Virus record (IMG/VR): IMGVR_UViG_3300043540_000321
Coordinates: 96,001-160,000 of that record
DNA length: 64,000 nucleotides
From: a virus
Strand: one strand, 5' to 3'
In this document: positions 12,001 to 20,219 of the stretch, piece by piece
Layout: every line of letters begins with the position of its first letter
How positions within the stretch are numbered: position 1 is the first letter of the stretch
Made by a program: the position numbers and the translations under genes
Notes under the pieces: generated by a model
Seen by the model: only the letters and a program-made list of their open reading frames with translations
Databases searched by the model: none
Told to the model about the DNA's origin: nothing

Positions 12001-15000
12001 CACCTCGAACAGGCTCTGGCATTAAAGACCCTGGGTCTCGCTTGGAGAAGGTTTGCTGAATGTCTTTGAAGAGAGACTCTTCTATAACGGTGAATGGCCC
12101 CTTAACCAGCCCGGCACCGGCTGGACGCGAGCCACTACCCGCTCTCCACACCGCCATTGCATCAGTAGTAACTGAGATGAGTCCACTCTGAGATACATTA
12201 ACGTGGGGATCTTCGGTAATAACCGAAACACCTTCCTGATGACGTTTGCCGAACGCACCGAATTTTACAGTGAGGGTTTGTCGCCTTCTGCCCCACATCG
12301 TCTCTGCAAATGATGCCGCTTCCTCAAGCTCAATAAGACCTTCGCGACTGAACTGGGCCGTCCTTTGATAATCACCTTTTTCTTGATCATAGTTATAAAG
12401 ACCTTCCTTCAAATAAAGTTTGAGTTCGCCCCGGTCTCGTTTTAAGAGGTAGTGCGCGTAGCGTCCGCCGTCAAACTGCTCCAGCTCTGTCTGGAGTTGG
12501 GTGTCTCGGATGCTTGGATTTTCGGCTGTCCTCTCAGCTAGAAGTTGAGATACCCTTTGATTCTCTGCTTCAATAGGAGCCCCGATGACTACACTGCCCT
12601 TCGCGAGATAACGGCTGAGTATACCAATAGTCTCAGTTTGAGACTTAATCTGCTTACTTGAGACTTTAACCGTGACTCGTTGAGGGTCGCCCAGGTCAAG
12701 CTTGTAGCCTGAGTTAACCCAGCTCGAGTCGCCCACTAATGAGACTCCTCCAATAAGAGCAACTCGCTTCATAGCCCTGGGACCTATAACCCCGTGGTAA
12801 GCGTTGTTTGGGTCCATCTCAGCCTGGCGGAAGTACTCTTGAACCTTCTCGAAATCTCCGTTGTATTGAGACGCTACTCTCTTAACCTCTGCAAACTGCA
12901 TAGCGGGGAGAACTTCACGAAGGCGACCAGACACCAGAGAGTCAGCCTTCAACTCTGCCACGCTATGAGAGAGCGATCGCACCTTATCGGCCATCTCACT
13001 ACTGATATCGATGGCTGGGCGGCTGCCTCCCACGTTCTTCAAACGTTGTGGGATCTGTTCGGGTTTCGGGAAGGGGAGCAAGAACATCGTGTCTTGCTCC
13101 TCGGTGATTGCCTGGGCCGATCGCTTACTGACTAATAAAGTCTGGAGTTGCTGAACCTCCTTTGACCACTGCTCTCGACTAACAGAAGCTAGACCGGCAG
13201 TGCCCTTCAAGAACTTTTCCATGTCATGGGCCGTCGCCGCTCCGATGCTGATGTCAGAGTCCACCACCGTTAGCTGTCTTAGCCCGCCATACGCTGTAAT
13301 CTTCAGCGGTTTTGCTTGAGTCACCGCACCTACCGCTCGGTAGAACTCCCCTGCTTCTCCCAGACGAGTACCAGACTTCACCTCAGCCGGGTCTAAGACA
13401 CCGGCTGCAATAACTCGGTCATAGGTCGTGTCTAATGGGAATTTACTCTCTTGAGAGTAAACTGGCAGACGAGCCACTGCTTGCAGCCCCGAGTATCCAA
13501 GCTCGTGAGCAGCCAGGAAGGGAGCCGCCAGGTCAGAGACAATTCGATAGGTCTGAGTGGACTGGGCCGCGAAGAACTTTCTTCGGTTCTCATCGGAACG
13601 AAGGAGAAGTTTTAACTTCAGGTCTTGGAAGAGATTCTGCTCATCGAGAAGAAGGACATCCGTCAATCGATGCTGAGCGAACAAATCTCCCTGGTGTTGA
13701 AGGAGCTCATCGAAAACGACCCGGAGATAATTCTGTCGCTTGGAAAAGTCCGCCTCGGACAGCGTGCGCGTGTAATCTTCTATTGGAGAATCGACTCCTG
13801 CTGCCAACACCCGCTGCGCCTGGTACACAGTAGATGAAGGGGAGATTCCTAATTCTTTAGACGCGGACTTAATACCAGACATCATCGTCCGCAGGTTCGC
13901 TCGTCCCTGTCCGGACTCGACAGCCTGGGCTACTTCTGGAGCAACCATCGCCAAAGATTCCGCGATGATGTCGCGTGCCGCCGCATGTAAATCTCCCGGA
14001 CGCTCCTGAACCATTCGGTTGAACAGAGAGTTCACCAGAGAGTATCTGGACTGATAGCTCAGCTCTCGAGACACCGTAGCTATGAAGGACACGGCAGTCT
14101 CCATTCCAGAAAGTTGGGTAGACTTTCCAGGTTGAATCTTACGTCCGAACAGAGAGATAGGAGAGGACGATTTGTTCGCAAAGACAGACCCAGGAATGAG
14201 CTTGTTCTGATCGACCAGGATTACGTTTCCGTGGCGATCGACTGTCAAGTTGATTATGAGAGAGCCGGATATGGAGTCAACACCTCGAACACGAACCTTC
14301 AGTCCAGTCTGTGAAGCTGGGGAGTCTGGGCCGGTCTTAAGAGTGTATCGCCCCTCAACCTCGATGACTGAGCCTCCAATTTCACGATTCAGTTTCTCCA
14401 GAGCTTGTCGGAGCTGCTCCACCTGAGAGACGTCCGCGTTACGCTCAGCCAAGAATCCCGTCTTGTATAACGTCTGCCCGCGGTCCATCTTTTTGAGCAG
14501 GTCGCCCGCAGATAGCACGTTATAGTGCTGCTCCAGTTTTGACTTCTGCTTCAACTCCTGCAGATAGCCGTCCGGGTCCAGCCGTTTCTGAACTGGGCGG
14601 TGCTCGTCGCGATAGCGGCCCGCACCAACTGCGACTACCGTGTCCAGGTTGATGGGAGATTCTGGGTCGAAATCTGTGAACGTTCGCTTCGCTGCATTCA
14701 GAGCGTTATTAAAATATTCATCCTGGAAGCGATTGAGCTGCGAGACTGGAATCAATGAATCGGCGGAGAAGTTTGCAGACCCCACACTTAAGAACATCAA
14801 CTTCTGGTCAGTCCCTCCAAAAATTGAGATGGATTTGTCATGTTGATAGCCCGTCGTCGCCGTCCGGATCGAACCCGTGTCTATGAGCAGTCGAATAAAG
14901 GTCTCATCAACTCCAAGTGCCTGCGTGCTCCCTCCAAACTTTGCATCTCGAAGTGAGTCGAAGAACCCAGACAGCCGAGAGTTATCGGTAACGATCGTCA

Positions 15001-16198
15001 GTCGCTTCTGCTCTGCCAGAGTACGAACCGCCTGGATCAAGTCCTGAGCATACCCTCTCGATCTCAATATGAGACTCAACTCGCCCATTGAGATAACAAC
15101 CTGATCGCCGTTGGCGACTGAGTTTGGATCGAATGCAGCCGTTCTCAATGCACTGGTGATGCGACCGTAAATCTCGGACTCCACGTAGAGGAACCCCCGA
15201 CTGGTGCCGTCGGCTGCCATCTGTTTTCTGAGACCACCGGGCTGGTAAGAGAACTGCTGAGTCGACCTCGCCATCCGAGTAATCGTGTCAGTCAACGTCA
15301 TGATCTCGCCAGCGATCGCTGCTTCCGTCTGTGTCGACCGCTCCGTCTCAGAGCTAAGAGCATTCCGCGTTGATGGTCGATTGAAGACCATCAGGGTCTC
15401 AAGCGAGTTGTTGTTCGCCAGGGCGGGCGTGATGTTCTGGGAACCGATGAACGCTCGATATCCTCTGCGATCGTCTCCGGCATAACCGATCTTCGGGTGG
15501 AAGGAGGCTGTTGCATCCACTCCAACGATCGGACTCTCCTGGAGTCCACGTTGTTGTTGAAGTAGCTGGCCGACATCCAGTGAGAGTCGGTTTCCAGCGA
15601 GGATCTGCCCAGTCGTCTCCCAGTCCTTCCGAACCGTTGCCGGATCGCCTGGAGCATATCTCAAGTCCTGCGTGACGATCGACCAGGGACTCCTGCGGCT
15701 CGTTAGAGAAGAGACGATAGACTCCTGTTGAAACTGAAAGAAGACTGCTTGCAGCGTACCCGGCTGGAAGAGGGCACGGTACTCCTCAACACCTGGTCGT
15801 GGTATGAACCCGGTGGGTGGGGTATGTGCCTGACCTGCCAGTTGAGACGGGCGGGCAAAGTTATTGACGGTGGGAGCCGAATTTATTAAACGCTGGGCCA
15901 GACCTGAAAAGACCTGCCCCGCCTGTTGAGAAGGTCTTTGAAAAGAAGTTGCCTGAGTGTCTGCGATAATGCCCAGACCATCCCTGGCAAAGCGTTGAGT
16001 GATCCGGAATGGGTCGCCCTGCTCCGTCTGCAGATAGTCCGAGACAAAGTCGTCAACGGGTGAGGTGAAGGCTGACCGAGTACCGCCGTACCCGGCAGGC
16101 GGAGTGTCTGGACTACCCTCCGACCCAGACTGAGACTCGGGGTTGAGAGGTAGCCCTTCTTCGTCATACCCACCGTAAGGAAGCTCTTCTTCGTCCAT
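6011..16198 (-). CDS. giant (3395 aa) putative virion protein with N-terminal PLD-like domain and a two-barrel RNA-polymerase-like catalytic motif
   Basis: Two HxK...GSxN motifs (FHPKIG...IGSQNIT; QHDKSIS...VGSANFS); RRGGAP ... APAVGRLLSMLGDYDGDAYQF at aa ~2280-2350; located in the morphogenesis block. Confidence 0.6.
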   Translation of the reverse strand: MDEEELPYGGYDEEGLPLNPESQSGSEGSPDTPPAGYGGTRSAFTSPVDDFVSDYLQTEQGDPFRITQRFARDGLGIIADTQATSFQRPSQQAGQVFSGLAQRLINSAPTVNNFARPSQLAGQAHTPPTGFIPRPGVEEYRALFQPGTLQAVFFQFQQESIVSSLTSRRSPWSIVTQDLRYAPGDPATVRKDWETTGQILAGNRLSLDVGQLLQQQRGLQESPIVGVDATASFHPKIGYAGDDRRGYRAFIGSQNITPALANNNSLETLMVFNRPSTRNALSSETERSTQTEAAIAGEIMTLTDTITRMARSTQQFSYQPGGLRKQMAADGTSRGFLYVESEIYGRITSALRTAAFDPNSVANGDQVVISMGELSLILRSRGYAQDLIQAVRTLAEQKRLTIVTDNSRLSGFFDSLRDAKFGGSTQALGVDETFIRLLIDTGSIRTATTGYQHDKSISIFGGTDQKLMFLSVGSANFSADSLIPVSQLNRFQDEYFNNALNAAKRTFTDFDPESPINLDTVVAVGAGRYRDEHRPVQKRLDPDGYLQELKQKSKLEQHYNVLSAGDLLKKMDRGQTLYKTGFLAERNADVSQVEQLRQALEKLNREIGGSVIEVEGRYTLKTGPDSPASQTGLKVRVRGVDSISGSLIINLTVDRHGNVILVDQNKLIPGSVFANKSSSPISLFGRKIQPGKSTQLSGMETAVSFIATVSRELSYQSRYSLVNSLFNRMVQERPGDLHAAARDIIAESLAMVAPEVAQAVESGQGRANLRTMMSGIKSASKELGISPSSTVYQAQRVLAAGVDSPIEDYTRTLSEADFSKRQNYLRVVFDELLQHQGDLFAQHRLTDVLLLDEQNLFQDLKLKLLLRSDENRRKFFAAQSTQTYRIVSDLAAPFLAAHELGYSGLQAVARLPVYSQESKFPLDTTYDRVIAAGVLDPAEVKSGTRLGEAGEFYRAVGAVTQAKPLKITAYGGLRQLTVVDSDISIGAATAHDMEKFLKGTAGLASVSREQWSKEVQQLQTLLVSKRSAQAITEEQDTMFLLPFPKPEQIPQRLKNVGGSRPAIDISSEMADKVRSLSHSVAELKADSLVSGRLREVLPAMQFAEVKRVASQYNGDFEKVQEYFRQAEMDPNNAYHGVIGPRAMKRVALIGGVSLVGDSSWVNSGYKLDLGDPQRVTVKVSSKQIKSQTETIGILSRYLAKGSVVIGAPIEAENQRVSQLLAERTAENPSIRDTQLQTELEQFDGGRYAHYLLKRDRGELKLYLKEGLYNYDQEKGDYQRTAQFSREGLIELEEAASFAETMWGRRRQTLTVKFGAFGKRHQEGVSVITEDPHVNVSQSGLISVTTDAMAVWRAGSGSRPAGAGLVKGPFTVIEESLFKDIQQTFSKRDPGSLMPEPVRGEKVYGLFGFSHFKGFNYESGIYLLSQRSSREALQSLPGQELARSLSLLFLGDETVKTELQRNLKRSNLEFVAHAIAMVQGTDFAKVDDEGRPASTLGKVALGLTLLADGVNADKDVQTGSLSSLKQTVIKALRGDEGASKHLKRQAGKLITAAVSDPAHSIRFSQGRVGLNEGSLIVRGAGLLAHTAFISKQIFGRSTAPGASVGTLFEQDLSDIDRYYTDPGYRNMVDAVAANANLSLKPDDPRHKVKSTMELLQAHIKNDFIIQDLRDMSVSRSLVPAGSKDEVALEYQYLTGLSSAYLRAFKPIAGDGAQQVHKAFAVLSGSLTLGLQDPNAAMEYRLALPSDEPGFTSRFHLDTQRFLLGYTSLGYKMGLLNDAIRGVGTRPGTERGYLLRFINLQQIATTFAGEGQTHLEERGVTLSRTYGVPYFSDQDSPAGRLQTKRLMKQLHLSETYAKDGDRRLSPMEIVTKLVSDSYSRFVADRRVRRATGEESVSFQDFVESGQGGRAISELERHYKVISELSQGSHRLVGVPLSSDDEVIRRKVQSRLKELSDRQANAIRENLNTNLYKQFVEGALHLETELSERQEKVPWDGQVRALLSEVRTTKQIVLPKFSLESTNDGRYRVSLLDPQRYKPSLGVLMGTDILRSISFIFPQYIDEGLRHQVDVRRQLVETEELRGRLMQPGAIISEAEKRKLETFQDSLENSRLGLVHLLGTDFVRKAMGDRQTFEGAVGIAVGSFALDPDEVGLGKRFHALVEDRNFGQMLSAQFNLIEQSSLRSPEHGARMLEVTRKLINSIGLKGPELDDKSGIMSRHSLDLMFESAQQSIRERKLSATQVLDLKAATISAMTNLPQARVQDLLNSRTSELSNVLALSKGAVRRGGAPAGSAGLTNETNVYNAVDLSTIQDRVRQAGGGLIPNTERSRTMMAAPAVGRLLSMLGDYDGDAYQFLLTNTTKRAAELHGIQKDIARKTRQLTRIEAEVDRHLDIDIDDAGHLYKMSSLSEQAEILRGELETHYQQLTEGIEEVNKNSLHLDRTPSRALKDVRKWVGSYVAFPDFIINNEQKVSTGTLMAMVQQLSGTMPQIEDARSHLHKTEERLAALQKFFDPLQGGVPFSPELSGLEKDARFSQLPEDIRSQWSALTTHSRSDTLEGFLSKSRDYFAFQANVAMGVEQINKSLKKAAGTIVNPFEMEGLQATIGQAGTELIGKTYNVLIPLLDRAIMGQSISAGLQTTGAESFKQTLDTNLLAMQQREGDVRRRKEIRGLREKLMDNTSSLRGMLLENYSGTVGTLGTMQQLIRDALKEKSEKGLIGILRQADANGKPLSQLIEEAETDRDRIDLIKKVVSTRLGPDISTPPGLEGTAARLREGQVHDPGITGFGALLRLAEFAMSDDETDLHKRFVEQPGLEKEYRRARLSRRASNVADFAALQIQGLLERSQAAFISSTLSSDFKQFYVDQLRDFHAEADSNKLSGIDRQYYDLVSEYEQQRSATSDLGQLNERLVQESTLLKIQHRNKEFGVLSVDQIKGLRESFQATSRVRFGSGDITERMIGANIDTYNAYIRMLQRGQQLMPSDALYMAYYKLAEFQGLRGYDQLSAMSPTNQQRAAQLMGVGLPGLSRGEQAILTEAMLTSPGGRTPLAVLQKTSGAISQGVYGLFDQLESLGSLHEQDENSIRYAESMRRQLAGIYEHGEINFDKVQQMGVVRTTPEANQVLRNVQEKLTELSAAPLDRKTPVENLRAMEKSERHASMFGAFTAPLLLAAAGAGAKFDDRMWQFGFDTLQAVAMLSSQKDTATAQLSGHSQDAAVAFSLSRIKNSMATEGFMLGAVQGFTQETMFAGINAVSHALVDKLSGRTHETPSGKSALLTVGAEVLSTIASLSIARGATQQRTLIGEYIPDRVGDLLEEAGEQVDRTEMELRDIFSQQQEYEVLDTDDNQRIDFDISAIPTQLEQDIMGGLVVINDESTPIATEFEDTASRRAELMGTVSDSYS

Positions 16199-16201
16199 TA
16201 A

Positions 16202-16468
16202 TTAGAAGCGTGTCGCCGGAAACAAAATGGCGGAGATTTGAGAATAGAGAATACTGAGTTGGTTGATTTCGTGCGCGGTGAACCCCTCCTGCTTAGACTT
16301 GTCTTTGAGACGAAAGATTAATGCCTGAATATCATTCAGGTCGTAGAATCGAATTAGAAATGCGATCGCCTGACTCTCTGTCATGGATGTTTCCTGACAG
16401 AACCTAGAAAGCCAGATTCTATTTCCGTCTCGAGTGGGCGGGGTCTTATCTGCATAGAAAGGGATCAT
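16202..16468 (-). CDS. hypothetical protein
   Basis: 88-aa ORF directly upstream of the giant gene on the same strand. Confidence 0.6.
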   Translation of the reverse strand: MIPFYADKTPPTRDGNRIWLSRFCQETSMTESQAIAFLIRFYDLNDIQALIFRLKDKSKQEGFTAHEINQLSILYSQISAILFPATRF

Positions 16469-16485
16469 TACACTACCTATTACCT

Positions 16486-16830
16486 ATGGAACCTTGCATT
16501 AATCCGATTGAAATGCTGGTGTTGGACACGCGCAAGAAGGGACTACTTCACAGATTAAAGTTCTTGTGGAGCGTTTTGGTGGGCGACGATGTCGTCCTCT
16601 CTAACGGGAAAGCGACCCTCTACGTCAAGAATGGCCGACTTACTGTAGTCGCTGAAACGATTATCTTTCGGTACAAACTTTTGGCAATCAACTGCGACGA
16701 AGGCTATATCCAGGAGCGACTCGAGGAATTCAACACCGTAGAAGGGGCGACTCGGAAGGAGCTGCCGTACAAATCGACCGCGATCGGGGCTAACGCCGAG
16801 GAGGAAGAGTGGACAGCTTGCGAGCGCTAA
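16486..16830 (+). CDS. hypothetical protein, possibly baseplate-associated
   Basis: 114-aa ORF overlapping the PAAR gene; function inferred from context only. Confidence 0.5.
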   Translation: MEPCINPIEMLVLDTRKKGLLHRLKFLWSVLVGDDVVLSNGKATLYVKNGRLTVVAETIIFRYKLLAINCDEGYIQERLEEFNTVEGATRKELPYKSTAIGANAEEEEWTACER

Positions 16831-17117
16831 GGGTTGGCGACCCTGTTCAATGCACCTGTGCCTGCAACGGTTCTATCTGCCCCAACGGGGTCGTCCTTCA
16901 AGGAAGTTCGACGACGTTTGTGGACAATCGCCCACTGGCCCGTGTAGGTGACATGTGTTCGAACTGCTGCGGTTCTTGCTGTCCCTGTCCGAATCCCATA
17001 CTCACTGGGAGCCCGTCCACCTTTGTGGATAACCGACCCGCCGCTACGAAAGAGAGCTTGATCCGCTGTGGGTTTGCTCAAAATGCTTCAACAACGACGT
17101 TCATAGGTAAGTCATGA
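16809..17117 (+). CDS. PAAR-domain spike tip protein
   Basis: LRVGD...GSSTTFVDNRPLARVGD...GSPSTFVDNRPAA repeats; Cys-rich. Confidence 0.9.
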   Translation: MDSLRALRVGDPVQCTCACNGSICPNGVVLQGSSTTFVDNRPLARVGDMCSNCCGSCCPCPNPILTGSPSTFVDNRPAATKESLIRCGFAQNASTTTFIGKS

Positions 17118-17248
17118 ATTTTCTACAAGAATTATTTAGAACGGTTTTCATCATCTCACTCTCTACAGGAGCATTGCTTCTATACGCATACCTCGTGATC
17201 GACCAACCCATCTGCGACTCTTTGTTGTCCTATTTCTTCTGTAAATAG
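17114..17248 (+). CDS. small membrane protein (44 aa)
   Basis: Manual translation MNFLQELFRTVFIISLSTGALLLYAYLVIDQPICDSLLSYFFCK; exactly fills the gap between neighbours. Confidence 0.55.
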   Translation: MNFLQELFRTVFIISLSTGALLLYAYLVIDQPICDSLLSYFFCK

Positions 17249-18247
17249 ATGCTTGACCTACTGGATACCAACGTCATTGACCCGTTTGCGGAAGACCCTA
17301 CCTACACCTGGACATCGACTGAGCAGTATCGAAGTCGAGCGGACGGGTCCATCCTGGAGAGGCGATTTTCAGAACTGAGTCTCTCCACACAGCTATCTTT
17401 AGGCCTGGTGACAGGTACTCCACCTGGGTATCAGGTCAGTCTTACAAACCCTCAATACTTCTACTACACTCTGACAAATCCTCTTACAGAAACTGTATCG
17501 ATAGGCTATCGATACGCCCCTGGCGCTCAAGCGTATAACAACTTCTGGGGATGGAGGCAGTTGGTGAACTACTACTACAAAAACAGCATTTACGCCGACC
17601 TGCTGGTGAACGAATACGTCTGGCAGTTGCGATCGCTCCCTTCTTCGGGAGGGACACCGCAGGATCTCCTATATCAATTCAATGGAGCCGGACAGGTCGT
17701 CTCATCTCAAACCACCTCCACTGATTCACTCACCCTAAACCTGGGTCAGACCTGGGGTGTGAGATTGATGATGACTCGAGCAGACCTGGCAACTGTCTCT
17801 GTTATGTCTGCTTCGTCGAACGGTTCGACAATTGCGACCGTTCCAATGGCGCTGCGATATGATGTGCCGGCCCCGCCCCTGGCGAACCCCGCGTTCTCCT
17901 CGGATTTATTAATAAAGGCGGCCACTCCGACTCTTCTGACCTACCCCTACCTGAAAATCCAATTGAGCATCACCCGTCCCTACATCTCCAGTGGTGGCAG
18001 TGGCGGCAGTGGTGGCAGTGGTAGCGGAACAGCCACCATACAGGCGGTCGACGAGCTGAGGATCTTCACCTACGGAGTCTATAACTCGATGAATGTCCCG
18101 CTGTACGACCTACAAGACAATGGTTGGATTACGCATCCGACAGGAACGAGCGATGTAGCTCGATTAAAACCTCCTGGAAAAGCATATTTGTCAGACACCT
18201 ACAATACCCCCGCTCAGACCTTTACAGCAAATGCAATGTGGCGATAA
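17249..18247 (+). CDS. putative virion structural protein
   Basis: 332 aa, rich in T/S/Y/G, GGSGGSGGSGSG linker; follows PAAR. Confidence 0.45.
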   Translation: MLDLLDTNVIDPFAEDPTYTWTSTEQYRSRADGSILERRFSELSLSTQLSLGLVTGTPPGYQVSLTNPQYFYYTLTNPLTETVSIGYRYAPGAQAYNNFWGWRQLVNYYYKNSIYADLLVNEYVWQLRSLPSSGGTPQDLLYQFNGAGQVVSSQTTSTDSLTLNLGQTWGVRLMMTRADLATVSVMSASSNGSTIATVPMALRYDVPAPPLANPAFSSDLLIKAATPTLLTYPYLKIQLSITRPYISSGGSGGSGGSGSGTATIQAVDELRIFTYGVYNSMNVPLYDLQDNGWITHPTGTSDVARLKPPGKAYLSDTYNTPAQTFTANAMWR

Positions 18248-18460
18248 ATGGCAAGGAAGAAAGAAAAAGAGTTTATAGGTTGGAAAATTACAACTCACAG
18301 AACGCAAAACTATAAAGTCCAAGACCTGGTTCACTGCCAGTGCGGCGGAGAGCGCTGGGTTTATCGATGGAGCTGGGCTGGAAATGGTTTAGCTCAATGC
18401 CCAACATGCGGAAAGTGGTGGAAGTACGAAAGGAAATTTCAATCAGAGGAACCGAAATGA
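18248..18460 (+). CDS. small zinc-ribbon protein
   Basis: HCQCGG...QCPTCG motifs. Confidence 0.55.
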   Translation: MARKKEKEFIGWKITTHRTQNYKVQDLVHCQCGGERWVYRWSWAGNGLAQCPTCGKWWKYERKFQSEEPK

Positions 18461-18765
18461 TCGATAAACGCTGGTATGAGGCAACCGTTCAAGAGGCTGC
18501 CCATTTTATTAATCAGTCTCATCCCATCAAGGTGAGACTTTCTACACAATGGACCGACCCAGACTATCCTCTCGGGGAGATAGAGTTTACGGCGACCCAC
18601 GCATTTAGCAGCTTGGATTCATATAAGCTATATTCAGACGAGCTGAAGGCGTGGACTTTACCTATTCCAGGAGATGTTTCGATCGAGGTGGACAACCCCT
18701 TCGTAACAGCTAACATCCCAACCCGTCCTTTCTCAGAGACCTATCGAGGAGTTTCGATCGAGTAA
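18457..18765 (+). CDS. hypothetical protein
   Basis: ATG overlaps the previous stop (ATGA); in frame with track ORF 18340..18765. Confidence 0.6.
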   Translation: MIDKRWYEATVQEAAHFINQSHPIKVRLSTQWTDPDYPLGEIEFTATHAFSSLDSYKLYSDELKAWTLPIPGDVSIEVDNPFVTANIPTRPFSETYRGVSIE

Positions 18766-19412
18766 TGTTAAAGCGTAGAATGTTCCCCCTTATCGTCGGG
18801 TTCGCAGGAGCGTCCGAAGTCGGTAAAGATAAGGCCGCTGACTATATGGTTGAGCAGTTCGGATACGAGAAGTACGAACTTAAAACAGACCTTATCAAAG
18901 AGGTTAACAAGCAATACGACCTCGACCCCTATAAGTTGAGAGGGCAAACACCGGAGGATAAGAAATGGCGGAGGCAACCTCAGCCGACCCTAGCTGGGAG
19001 ATGTCCTCTGGACATAATGATCGATATTGGCGAGAGGAGGCGGGAGCTCAATCCTACTTACTGGTTAGACTTACTGATGGCATCTCTGCGGGAGCCTTTA
19101 GAGAAGCAACCGATCGTCATCTCTGATGTGAGAAGGTTTGCAGAAGCAGACCGAATCCGCCAGCTAGGTCTACTGCTTTATCTTGAGCGGGGGAACCCTA
19201 CTTTTAGTAAGGCTGAGCGAGAGCTGGAGCAGGTCAAGCAGATCGCTTTTCGTGTGATCAACAATAACGAGTCCTTAGGCGCGTTGTATGTCCGGATCAA
19301 TGGAAGTTTAAGACTATGGGCATCTCGAACGTTATCGTCGCAACCATCGGAGGAGTCGCCGCTATATTCGGCAGCACGGCGATCGCATTTGCTGTCTTTG
19401 CATTCGCCCTGA
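18765..19412 (+). CDS. deoxynucleoside monophosphate kinase (T4 gp1-like)
   Basis: VGFAGASEVGKDKAADY P-loop variant and VISDVRRFAEADRIRQLG motif. Confidence 0.85.
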   Translation: MLKRRMFPLIVGFAGASEVGKDKAADYMVEQFGYEKYELKTDLIKEVNKQYDLDPYKLRGQTPEDKKWRRQPQPTLAGRCPLDIMIDIGERRRELNPTYWLDLLMASLREPLEKQPIVISDVRRFAEADRIRQLGLLLYLERGNPTFSKAERELEQVKQIAFRVINNNESLGALYVRINGSLRLWASRTLSSQPSEESPLYSAARRSHLLSLHSP

Positions 19413-19540
19413 AGCCGGGAGAGTGTGTCAAGTTGACTGTCCTCGGGCAGGAGCAAAGTGCTTGCAAGACTACTGTCCTGAGGTCATCATTCTATCCGCC
19501 GTCCTCGCCATCTCCGGCACCGAATGATACGGGTAATTAG
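19316..19540 (+). CDS. small single-TM protein
   Basis: Hydrophobic N-terminal half and Pro-rich tail; holin/spanin-like role unproven. Confidence 0.45.
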   Translation: MGISNVIVATIGGVAAIFGSTAIAFAVFAFALKPGECVKLTVLGQEQSACKTTVLRSSFYPPSSPSPAPNDTGN

Positions 19541-20219
19541 ACGAATTTGCATCGGGATTTTATTAATCGGCGTTACCGCCCGTCCAGAAGTTCAAACCCC
19601 GACTAAAGCGATCGCAAATCGCGGTGAACAATTCCTGAAAGAATGGAATCATCTCTTTAAGGGAGGCCCCGAATCACTGGTGGCTCGTGCCGTCGGCCAT
19701 GCGGAAGGTACTCGAACTGCGAATGGAGGGAAAACCCGCGCTTTCTATGGGCATACCGACCTCGGTAACGGAGTCTGGAACCTCGGTAGTTTCTCCTTCC
19801 AGCACTGCCGCGATGCTGCCTACAAATGCTCTACTCCTGAACAGGCGGATAAGTTTCAATTGAAGCGACTCTGGGGTCAGGCTGTGAAGCTTCAAGAGGA
19901 TGCCAAGAAGCAGGGGTTAACTCTAACCACAGAGGAGGCTCTTAATGGGATAGACCTAGCCAACCAGGCTCCTCTTGCTGCCCTCGCCGCCCAGGGCGGT
20001 TACATTGAACTGTTGAAAAAGGCCAAGAGTGACGGGAAGAAAGGAGATGCGGCGATCCTGTGGGCACGAGTCAATTCCTACTGGGATGGTAAGAGAAAAA
20101 AATGGGCTGCTTCTGGTCTGGGAAATACCGAGGCGAGAATTACTCACGACCAGAAGAGGCGGATGGACAGTATCACAGATGCCGTTGCTGAGTACCGACA
20201 ACAGCAGCAGCAGAATTAA
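19524..20219 (+). CDS. membrane-anchored/secreted putative lysozyme-like protein
   Basis: N-terminal hydrophobic segment; AVGHAEGT..FYGHTDLGNGVWNLGSFSFQH resembles lysozyme-fold E/G motifs (inference). Confidence 0.4.
   Translation: MIRVIRRICIGILLIGVTARPEVQTPTKAIANRGEQFLKEWNHLFKGGPESLVARAVGHAEGTRTANGGKTRAFYGHTDLGNGVWNLGSFSFQHCRDAAYKCSTPEQADKFQLKRLWGQAVKLQEDAKKQGLTLTTEEALNGIDLANQAPLAALAAQGGYIELLKKAKSDGKKGDAAILWARVNSYWDGKRKKWAASGLGNTEARITHDQKRRMDSITDAVAEYRQQQQQN

Noticed and set aside
6313-16173. Many short ORFs inside or antisense to the giant gene (also within the RNAP, helicase, portal and nrdJ)
   Set aside because: They fully overlap long motif-bearing genes and have no RBS or recognisable domains; shadow ORFs.
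6011-16198. Calling the giant ORF a plain tape measure protein
   Set aside because: It lies upstream of the G/GT pair and is separated from it by an opposite-strand gene, and it carries enzyme motifs; a tape-measure role is possible but not supportable from sequence alone.
17993-18025. GGTGGCAGT x3 repeat
   Set aside because: Ordinary Gly-Ser linker in a coding region.
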